This document shows, one piece after another, positions 12,234-21,293 of a stretch of 64,000 bases of DNA. Both the position numbers and the translations under genes were made by a program. Numbering within the stretch: position 1 is the first letter of the stretch; each line of letters starts with the position of its first letter. This stretch comes from Takakia lepidozioides. Taxonomy: Eukaryota > Plantae > Bryophyta. The notes beneath the pieces were generated by a model, which made no database searches, was not told the DNA's origin, and was given only the letters and a program-made list of their open reading frames with translations. The stretch is from NCBI GenBank assembly GCA_030704615.1, contig CM060733.1:14694001-14758000 (forward strand). The letters run 5' to 3'.

Positions 12234-14735
12234 AAAATCGGCCACAGAAGGCATCTCTTTGAGCTTCAATGCACACATACGTGGCAGCTCAAATAGTGTG
12301 CGTCAACGCACACTGTTTGAGCCCAACTTGTCATTGTTTTTTTCATGTGAAAATTGGCCACATAGGGCATGTATTTGAGGTTCAATGCAGACTTACCTGG
12401 CAGCTCAAATAGTGTGCGTCATCGCACACTGTTCCAACCAACCATATATATATATTTTTTATTTTTTTTTAAAAAAAAAAATCGGCCGCATATGGCATCT
12501 CTTTGAGCTTTAATGCACACTTACGTGGCAGCTCCAGCAGTGTGCGTCAACGCACACTGTTCGAGTCCACCATGTCATTATTTTTTTAATCTGAGAATCG
12601 GCCACATATGGCATCTCTTTGAGCTTCAACGCACACTTATGTGGCAGCTCAAATAGTGTGCGTCAACGCACATTGTTTGAACCCAACTTGTCATTGTTTT
12701 TTTCATGTGAAAATTGGCCACATAGGGCATGTATTTGAGGTTCAATGCAGACTTACCTGGCAGCTCAAACAGTGTGCGTCAACGCACACTGTTCCAGCCC
12801 ACCATGTCATTGTTTTTTTTTATATCAAAATCGGCCACATAGGGCATCTCTTTTAGCCTCAATACACACTTACGTGGCAGCTCAAACAGTGTGCGTCCCC
12901 ACCATGTCATTGTTTTTTTTTATATGAAAATTGGCCACATATGGCATCTCTTTTAGCCTCAATACACACTTACGTGGCAGCTCAAACAGTGTGCGTCCCC
13001 ACCATGTCATTGTTTTTTTTTATATGAAAATCGGCCACATAGGGCATCTCTTTTAGCCTCAATACACACTTACGTGGCAGCTCAAACAGTGTGCGTCAAC
13101 GCACACTGTTTGACCCCAACATGTCTTTATTTTTTTCATGTGAAAATTGGCCACATAGGGCATGTATTTGAGGTTCAATGCAGACTTACGTGGCAGCTCA
13201 AACAGTGTGCGTCAACGCACACTGTTGCAGGCATCCACGTTTTTTTTTTTTTTTTTTTTTTTTCGAAAATCGGCCACATAGGGCATCTCAAGGCAGCTCC
13301 AGCAGTGTGCGTCAACGCACACTGTTTGAGCACACCATGTCATTATTTTTTTAATCTGAAAATCGGCCACATAAGGCATCTCTTTGAACTTCAATGCACA
13401 CTTACGTGGCAGCTCAAATAGTGTGCGTCAACGCACACTGTTCCAGCCAAGCATGTTTTTTTTTTTTTTTTTTTTTTTTTTTATTTAAATTTAATTTATT
13501 TATTTAAAAATCGATCACATAGGGCATCTCTTTGAGCTTCAATCCACACTTACGTGGCAGCTCCAGCAGTGTGCGTCAACGCACACTGTTCGAGTCCACC
13601 ATGTCATTATTTTTTTAATCTGAAAATCGGCCACATATGGCATCTCTTTGAGCTTCAATGCACACTTACGTGGCAGCTCAAATAGTGTGCGTCAACGCAC
13701 ACTGTTTGAGCCCAACTTGTCATTGTTTTTTTCATGTGAAAATCGGCCACATAGGGCATGTATTTGAGGTTCAATGCAGACTTACCTAGCAGCTCAAAGA
13801 GTGTGCGTTAATGCACACTGTTCCAGCCCACCATGTCATTGTTTTTTTTATCTGAAAATAGGCCACATAGAGCATATCTTTGAGCTTCAATACACACTTA
13901 CGTGGCAGCTCAAACAGTGTGCATCAACGCACACTGTTTCAGCCAACTTGTCATTGTTTTTTTCACGTGAAAATTGGCCACATAGGGCATGTATTTGAGG
14001 TTCAATGCAGACTTACCTGGCAGCTCAAACAGTGTGCGTCAACGCACACTGTTCCAGCCCACCATGTCATTGTTTTTTTTATCTGAAAATCGGCCACATA
14101 GGGCATCTCTTTGAGCGTCAATGCACACTTACCTGGCAGCTGGCATTTTAGAATCGACCACAAAGGTCATCTCTGTGAGTTTCAATTCACACTTACCTGG
14201 CAACCCAAACGGTGTGCGTCAACGCACACGGTTTGAGCCCCCCTGATTTGCTTGTTTATGGATATGGAAATTGTGCACCTACGGCTAGTCTGGCAAGTTC
14301 ATTCGACTCCAAAATGGAAGCTCAAACAGTATGCGCGGACGCACACTGTTTGAGCCCCCTTCACTGCCTTTTATTTTATTTCAAATTGGCCACTTATGGC
14401 CACTATGCCATATTAAAATCACACCTTATTGCAAGCTCAAACAGTGTGCGGCAACGCACACTGTTTGAGCTTCCTTATGTGATTGATTTTGATGTGAAAA
14501 TCGGTCTCCTGGGGCCACTTTGGCAGGTTGAATCCAATCTTTATTGGAAGCTCAAACAGTGTGCGGCAACGCACACTGTTTGAGCTTCCTTATGTGATTG
14601 CTTTTGATTTGAAAATCGGTCCCCTGGGGCCACTCTGGCAGGTTGAATCCAATCCTTATTGGAAGCTCAAACAGTGTGCGGCAACACACACTGTTTTGAG
14701 CCCCCTTCGTGCTTGTTTTTCTATGTGAAATTGGG
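7560..14735. repeat. Tandem array of ~116-bp units (roughly 60), each with a 36-bp palindrome; higher-order structure
   Basis: Unit ~TGAAAATCGGCCACATAGGGCATCTCTTTGAGCTTCAATGCACACTTACGTGGCA-GCTCAAACAGTGTGCG-TCAA-CGCACACTGTTTGAGC-CCACCATGTCATTGT(T)n. A 573-bp period is visible as homologous ORF starts at 8323, 8896 and 9469. Confidence 0.97.
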
Positions 14736-14773
14736 CCTAACAGGGCCAGTATGCATGCTCAAAACTTCCATAG

Positions 14774-15253
14774 TTGTCAAAACTCCCATGGTATTTGGAT
14801 TGCCCTCCTTCTGAGACCCCAGCTCAGGATGTGTCTTTGAGGAGAGAGAATGAGCGTATAGCAGCCACCGCCGCAGCAGCCGACCTCGACATTCATGATA
14901 GAAATTTGAGGACTCTTGCAGAGAAGGAGCCTCCCGCTCAGGATACCCTGGGTAGAGGTAGAAAGGCAAAGGGAAAAGATGTTGTTGGTGGTGTGAGGAA
15001 AGGAAGGGGTAGGGGGAAGGGGGCACAAGGGCAGGTAGGTGGGCTATCACACCTATTTGGACTTCTTTCAAGTCCTCCTCGGTCTTACGTGCAACCTGTC
15101 TATGCGGAGGCACTCGCAACAAGCATGTCCATTCATGGCACTCGTTGTCCGCCCATTGACGGCCGTGGTAGAAGACGTGGTGTTGGGGCCAGAATCTTTG
15201 TGGATGACATAGCACAGGAGGTCGAGAGTGATTCTGATGACTGTGACACTTGA
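14774..15253 (+). CDS. Transposon accessory ORF of unknown function (basic GR/K-rich stretch, acidic C-terminus); probably partial
   Basis: The last 70 codons (GLSHLFG...RIFVDDIAQEV..D.DDCDT*) are indel-free and share the stop with 325-537 in the other copy. No in-frame ATG start is evident. Confidence 0.45.
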   Translation: MSKLPWYLDCPPSETPAQDVSLRRENERIAATAAAADLDIHDRNLRTLAEKEPPAQDTLGRGRKAKGKDVVGGVRKGRGRGKGAQGQVGGLSHLFGLLSSPPRSYVQPVYAEALATSMSIHGTRCPPIDGRGRRRGVGARIFVDDIAQEVESDSDDCDT

Positions 15254-15409
15254 TATGAAGTTTTCTTTTGGTTTTATTCGGGGCCAAATTTGAAATGGGA
15301 TGGTTGTGTGTCCTTGTTGTCCTGTTTGCAATGTGTGCGTGGGATGCAACTTCATGGGAACAAACTATTATTGGAGATGGGGGTTGCATGGACTGCCCGG
15401 ATTGTTCCT

Positions 15410-15716
15410 TCAATCTATTTAGAGTTTTGTGGACCTCACAGGCTTGAGTGCATTTCAAAAACAAACAATCGACTTTGATTCGTGTACAGCATTCTCGCAT
15501 CATTTGCTCGTTTGTCTCCAAACCATTCCTGCTAGAAGAATGCTTGGTGAATCCATCGAAGTGAAGTCCACGTGATCAAAGATCGTTCAGGCATTCTCAA
15601 ATCTGGTGAGCATCCATGATGCTCCCGCACATACTTGGCATGTTCACAAAGGTGGTGAGTAAGAAAAGATTTCGCAGGGATCCGCTTTAGATGATGTCAG
15701 TGTGCACCTCCTCACG
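15410..15716 (-). pseudogene. Captured, decayed PLS-class PPR gene fragment inside the DNA transposon
   Basis: EEVHTDII*SG..NLFLLTTFVNMPSMCGSIMDAHQI / MPERSLITWTS / GFTKHSSSRNGLETNEQMMREC parallels [68 protein letters not shown] of the PPR at 43904. A shorter homolog lies at ~700-890. Confidence 0.8.
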
Positions 15717-16134
15717 ACGTACCCACATTCCAATGCAGAGTTTGGCTTTCCGTCCTTAAGCTCCCGACAGTCTCGAGGCTGAGCCAAAAGCCCAGGCCCT
15801 CCTGAGGCCTAGTTTTTGGGCAAATTACACACAGCAGATTGATGCTTGTGTGAAGGGATTTCTAGAGGATATCTGGAAAACCTGGATTAATTCTTTATAT
15901 GAAGGAAAGTCTTTGATAACATCTAGATGGATGCAATGGATACAAAGGATGGATACAATGGATGTAATACATCCAGTCTGCATTCCCGGGAAATGGCTGT
16001 TCAACCCGCGGTAATAGGTGACACCCGCGGAAATAGGCCCTGTATGCATGCTGATGTGGCGTGAGCCTGTGCTGGGCTCACGGTTTCCTGGGCTCACAGG
16101 CTCACGCCTCCGGGCTCACGGAATAGCACCCCCC

Positions 16135-17806
16135 CTCCAGGTGTAACCATGGTGCGCTCAATGGCTGGCCTAGCTGGCAGCTCCATCAACCTGGCAGCTG
16201 CAGCTTGCCATGGCGCCGCCGTGGCAGTCTTGACCCTCAAATCCGAGGATCCCTCCGGCACTACACCTCCCACTATCTCCGCAGAAGATGAAGTAACCTC
16301 CCCACTCTCACAGAGTGTAGCTGTCAGCCTGAAGACCTCAGCTGGTCTTACCCCCGGCGTCGCAATCATGGTAGCCGAGAACAATGGAGCCTGGCACACA
16401 GATGTGGCCGCTCCTAGTAGCACACTAGCTGCCGTAGCCTTGGCAATACTAGGTAGTGGTGCTACCCGTGTAGCTCTCCCCAATGGCATAGTAACCTCCG
16501 CCTCGGTAACAGTCGGGCGAGAACTAGGTGCCATGGATGGCGTCGACACTGTCTCCGCCAATGTGAACGACTGAGGAAGCCTAGCCTGACGGCTTGCCTC
16601 CCCACGCTGTGGATCCAACTCCACCTCTGCACCTCGTGGCTCAAGAACTCGTGCTGCTCCTCGAGTCACGGCTGCAACAGACTCCACCTGCACTAGTGGT
16701 AGTGCTGCTGTACACATGAATCCCATGTCTCCCATATCTCCTCCCTTAGGAGCAGGAGGTGGACCATCCGGCCTTAGAGCCGGTACCACCTGAGCTGTAG
16801 CCATGGCAGCGAGCCTCTGCTGTAGCTGCTGAAGCCGGTTGGCCATGCCTTGGTCAACACCCTGACCTCCGCGTCCTTGGCCATGTTGAGCTTGCCCTTG
16901 GCCTGCACCTCATGGCTGGCCACCTCGTCCTCTCTGGGCTGCTCCACCTTGCCCCCGGCCACCATTGTTCCCTTGGAACTAGCCTGGGCGCAACTCAGGA
17001 TACAAACCATAACACTGGGCCTCTCCATGCCCGTGCTTGCCACAATGCCCACACTGCAACTGTGCATGTGCCGGCCCTTTGCCTCCCTCTGGGAAATCCT
17101 TCTATGGGGTCCTCCACATGTCCAGCACACCACATCCGCTCGTTGTTGGCCAGCAAATGAAGGGAGAGACCCCTGCATCTGAGGTCCTCTCTGCCCTTCC
17201 CTGAGCTTCACCTGAGCCCCCTTGTTGCCTTGAGCACGTTGAGGTAGTGGTTGGCTAGGAGCACCACTACCCCGTGGTGTCTCCTTAGCAAATCCCACCA
17301 TGACCACTCGTTCCTCCACCATGTTGAGCTCTATCCGCTCTGCTAACAAAAACACATTTGCTAAGGTGGGTTGGGCCGCTTGTAGGAGAGTTGCATCCCG
17401 CACCCTTCTCCTCAGCTCCTTGTCCAATATCCCATACCAGAATTGGACTGCCTGAGCTTCCGTAACCCCTTGGGTTACATTTATCAAGCGCCTCATGCGA
17501 GTGAAAGCCTCCCTCAAGCTCTCGGTCGGCTTTCGTTGGAACTCTTGCAAGCTCCGCAACTTCTCTGTCCTCACCCCTTGGTAGTTCCCTCTCAACTCTT
17601 CAAAGAACTCCACAACAGGGTTGAAGGCAGGCACGGGTACTAGTGCTGGTGCGATAGTGGCTTGGGTGGACGTCGTAGCTACTGTACCACCAGTCCCACT
17701 AGTCCCACTGCTACTCGCTGAAGCTGCCGGTGCAGCGGCAGGAGTAGCCACTGCCCTCGTGGCTCTAGTGCCCCTAGTGATGGAGACATAGTCGGGTGAC
17801 CAGTAC
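16135..17806 (-). pseudogene. Retrotransposon gag (C-terminal two thirds) and linker, inverted segment
   Basis: ORFs 16774..17820 (FQRKPTESLREAFTRMRRL major-homology-like region; CWTCGGPH and CGHCGKHGHGEAQC knuckles) and 16094..16846; frameshifted. Confidence 0.85.
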
Positions 17807-19075
17807 AATGAGCACGACAAGGATTGCTTATATCAGTGGCGGTTCTTACCATTTGGGCTTAAGAATGCTCCTGCAGAGTTTCAGAGAGTCATGGATAGGA
17901 TTCTAGCAGGGGTGGACTTTGCTCGGTGTTATATAGATGACATCATCATCTTTAGTGTTACGATGAAGGAGCATGAGAGACACCTTCAGGTGGTATTGGA
18001 GCGCTTGAGAGCGCACGGATTGAAGTTGCATCCGGGGAAGTGCAAGTTTTTCCACAACCAGATTGAGTATCTGGGTCACATGATATATCCTGGAGGATTG
18101 GGGGTACAACAGACTAAGGTAGAGGCCATTGCACAAATTCCACGCCCCACGGATGTGAGCCGAGTTCGAGCTTTCATGGGGTTGACAAACTATTATAGAC
18201 GGTTTGTCAAGGGATTTAGTACCATTGCAAAGGCTCTAACCAAGCTGACCAAGATGGACCAGGAGTGGCAGTGGGAAGATGAGCAAGAACGAGCTTTTCA
18301 AGAGCTCAAGGCGAGGTTGACCTGGACGCCTATCCTGAGACGACCTATCAGGGGGCGTCCCTTTCAACTGCATACGGGTTGGAGCATGCTGGGGCTTGGA
18401 ACGGTGCTCACACAGATGGATGATGAGGGAAGAGAATTCGTAGTGGCTTATGCTAGCCGCTCAAACAACGCTGTAGAGACTAAGTACAGCTCATATGAGG
18501 GAGAGTGCTTAGCTGCAGTGTGGGCCGTGGCACACTTCAGGTGCTATCTATACGACAATCTTTTCACCCTTGTCACGGATCACCAACCACTCAAGTGGTT
18601 GATGGAGTCAGACAAGCTTACGGGGAAGCTTGCACGGTGGGCACTCATACTCCAGGAGTATGACTTTCAGGTTGTGCATCGACCGGGTTTGGTCAATCGG
18701 GATGCGGATGGATTGAGTCGCAATCCATGCATGAGCCAGCAGGATGACATTGGAGCTCGGTGGCATGGTGAGACGGACGAGGAGATGGTGCCGGGATGGC
18801 ACGCATCTGCATTTTTGTGTATCTTGGCATCGGGAGGTCAGGTTGGACCTACAACAGGGATGACTGTAGACGGAGTGTCTGAGGACCCTGAGGCTAGTGA
18901 TGAGCCAGGTGGTGCCAGAGATATACATGAGGATTCTGCTGTGTTGGACTACCTCCGCATGGGAGACACGGCAGCCATTGTGACTACCAAGGAGAGGGAT
19001 CGGATCCTGCAACGAGCCAAGAGGTTCAAATGGGGGGGATACACCTACTTCGAGTGTGGGAGGATGGTCGGGTGA
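17807..19075 (+). pseudogene. RT C-terminal half and RNase H
   Basis: LYQWRFLPFGLKNAPAEFQR, YIDDII, KC.F....YLGH, RAFMGLTNYYRRFV; RNase H LHTGWS (catalytic D replaced by G), YEGECLA, TDHQPL, ADGLSR. Confidence 0.95.
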
Positions 19076-20360
19076 GGATTGTGCCTCACCCCACACAGCG
19101 TGCACAGTGCGGCATGCCCATGAGGAGTTGGGGCATTTTGGAGTGCGACACACTCACAGTTTACTGCAAGGGCAGTATTGGTGGCGTGGTATGCATACAG
19201 AGGTGCAACAGTTCGTGGCTAGGTGCATGGTGTGTGACAGGGTGCGTGCTTCATTCAACACCCCTACACCACAGTTGCATCCTTTACCAATCATGGGATT
19301 GGGCTACAGGTGGAGTCTTGACTTCGCAGGACCGTTGCTACTGACTATGCGCCACCACAGATATGTGTTGGTGATGGTGGAGCACTTCTCCAAGTGGATT
19401 GAGTTGGTTCCATTGCCTGACAAGGCTAGTGAGGGGGCTGCGTATGCATTCTTGGATCGTGTGCTTAGCCGATTTGGTGCTCCAGCTGAGGTACTCACGG
19501 ACCAAAGGAGAGACTTCTTGGGGGAGTTTCAGGCTTTGTGTGATAAAGCCTTGATAGACCACCGCACCACTTCTCCGGATCATCCTGAGGCCGATGGCTT
19601 AGCAGAGAGAGTTGTTCAGACGGTGAAGAGGGGTTTGCGCAAGTATGGCTTGCAGAAGGGACACCTAGGAGATTGGGATCTTCAGGTTCCTTGGTTAGCC
19701 ATGGGCTACAAGTTCAGCAAACAAGCATCACTTGCCTCCTTCTCACCATATTTCCTTCTCTTTGGCCGAGAGCCGGATTTGCCTGCATCTATTTGTAGGG
19801 ACACTGCTCAAGTCCTTAACCTTGACGATCCGGACGTGTGGGTACGTGCATGTGATCAGCATGCAGAGTTGTTCAAGAAAGTCATGCCCATGGTTTTTGA
19901 GAACCTTGCCATTGCACAGTATCGTGATACGTTGAGGTATGCCACTATACGTGGTGGAGGATATTGTCCTGGGGTTCGGAGGTTTAGCCCTGGTGACTAT
20001 GTTTATTTGCAGCAGACTGCTCATATGACTCTGGATGTTACTGCAGGGCGTGTTATTCTGAGGGTTCGAGAGGTGTTGCCCTCAGGGGTCCTGATCTTGG
20101 AGGGTCGGGATGGCATGACTTGGAAGGACCATGTGCGTAATTGTGCGCCATGTCACCTTCCCAATGTCGATGGCAGAGTTGACCCAAACTTGGCAGTGGT
20201 ACCTGCAGGTTTGAGGTGCATGCTCTGTGGGTCTGCCAAAAGGGCAGCCACCATGCTGGTGTGTGATCGATGCTCAAGGGGTTGGCATATGGGATGCTTG
20301 ACACCACCTCTTGAGAAGGTTCCTGATGGAGATTGGTTGTGTCCACACTGCTTGGGATAG
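19056..20360 (+). CDS. Integrase (HHCC + DDE) with C-terminal PHD finger; frameshifted relative to RT/RH
   Basis: AHEELGHFG...CMVC; WSLDFAGP, VLTDQ, DGLAERVV; terminal C4HC3 CMLC-x11-CDRCSRGWHMGCLTPPLEKVPDGDWLCPHC at 20217-20351. Confidence 0.93.
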   Translation: MGGWSGEDCASPHTACTVRHAHEELGHFGVRHTHSLLQGQYWWRGMHTEVQQFVARCMVCDRVRASFNTPTPQLHPLPIMGLGYRWSLDFAGPLLLTMRHHRYVLVMVEHFSKWIELVPLPDKASEGAAYAFLDRVLSRFGAPAEVLTDQRRDFLGEFQALCDKALIDHRTTSPDHPEADGLAERVVQTVKRGLRKYGLQKGHLGDWDLQVPWLAMGYKFSKQASLASFSPYFLLFGREPDLPASICRDTAQVLNLDDPDVWVRACDQHAELFKKVMPMVFENLAIAQYRDTLRYATIRGGGYCPGVRRFSPGDYVYLQQTAHMTLDVTAGRVILRVREVLPSGVLILEGRDGMTWKDHVRNCAPCHLPNVDGRVDPNLAVVPAGLRCMLCGSAKRAATMLVCDRCSRGWHMGCLTPPLEKVPDGDWLCPHCLG

Positions 20361-20616
20361 TGGCAATGGACATGACTGGAGGCAGCTAACAAGACATGGG
20401 AGGCCAAGCTCATAGGAGTCAATACATGAGATCCCAAGCTCAAGTTCACAGATTGCAAGACGGCGACTAACGATGGGGCAACTCTTGCACCCGGCCTCTT
20501 GATCTATCGAGTTTGAGTGTAGTAGGGATAGTGGTAGAGGACTTAGTGAGGCTATGGTCACTATCACATCTTGTGGCTACCTGGACTTAGAGGGACCTAA
20601 GCACCAGCTAGGGGGG

Positions 20617-21293
20617 CAATTGTGTGGACTAGTGACTGCCATAGTGGGCAGCATAGTGGCAGCCTAGTGACTGACTAGCTGTAGCCTAGTGGTTGGACTA
20701 GTGGCTGGACTAGTGGTATACTAGTGTGTGGTGTGCACATGTGTTGTGTGGTTTTGGACAGCGATGTAGTTGTGTAGCGATATGTATGTGCACGACAGCT
20801 GTCAAGTTATTTTACCACTAGTTTGAAACTAGCTAGGAAATAACTAGCTTTTACATATTGACATTTGGGATTGGCCCAAGTGTCAATCCAGGGGTCAAGG
20901 CAGATTTAGGCCCTGGAGTGGTTATCTTCACGGCAAGCGCGGGAGGCTCATCTTTCTCGAGTTGAGCCTCACTGCGCCTAGCTATGGCACCGTAGTGTGG
21001 ATTCCCCATGGCGTGGGGTGCACTTGGCTTGACTTGTATTTGAGTGATGAGGTTATATATGCATGAGTTTATGCTTCAGCTTTGTGAGCTCGCATGAGCT
21101 TGTGCTTGTATTCTTCTTCTTTATCAATTGTGTGGACTAGTGACTGCCATAGTGGGCAGCATAGTGGCAGCCTAGTGACTGACTAGCTGTAGCCTAGTGG
21201 TTGGACTAGTGGTATACTAGTGTGTGGTGTGCACATGTGTTGTGTGGTTTTGGACAACGATGTAGTTGTGTAGTGATATGTATGCGCACGACA
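20617..21293 (+). mobile_element. 3' LTR (20800-21293, TGTC...GACA) preceded by an extra copy of its last ~170 bp
   Basis: Direct repeat 20617-20797 versus 21125-21293; PPT AGGGGGG at 20610-20616; TATA-like TTATATAT at ~21053. Confidence 0.75.

Larger units (their letters stand above)
5571..16134 (-). mobile_element. Mutator-like (MULE) DNA transposon, non-autonomous, 10.56 kb
   Basis: The direct repeat CTCCAGGTG flanks it at 5562-5570 and 16135-16143 (9-bp TSD; 8 bp if the G belongs to the element). Removing it restores the retro frame ...RTMVTPG-VVMLDNQDG.... Imperfect inverted termini are built of CGTGAGC(C) and CCGCGG(T/A)AATAGG motifs. Contains SWIM and GCM-like coding remnants. Confidence 0.85.
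2767..21293 (+). mobile_element. Ty3/gypsy LTR retrotransposon copy 2 (5'-truncated, internally inverted, disrupted); reconstructed order Gag-PR-C5 DNA methyltransferase-RT-RNaseH-IN-PHD-PPT-LTR
   Basis: Gag N-terminus 2901-3176(+). Rest of gag with a CX2CX4HX4C knuckle (CGHCGKHGHGEAQC, ~17013-17054) at 16135-17806(-). PR, MTase and RT N-terminus at 3177-5570(-). RT C-terminus, RNase H, IN and PHD at 17807-20360(+). G-run PPT 20610-20616; LTR ends at 21293. RT-RH-IN order is gypsy-type. Confidence 0.9.

Noticed and set aside
7627-14728. Many Cys/His-rich short ORFs (CVNAHC...) in the ORF track
   Set aside because: They are translations of the non-coding tandem repeat, with frames broken at variable T-tracts.
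7560-14735. CRISPR-like appearance (36-bp palindromic repeats at regular spacing)
   Set aside because: The intervening sequences are homologous to each other rather than unique spacers, no cas genes are present, and the context is a eukaryotic transposon.
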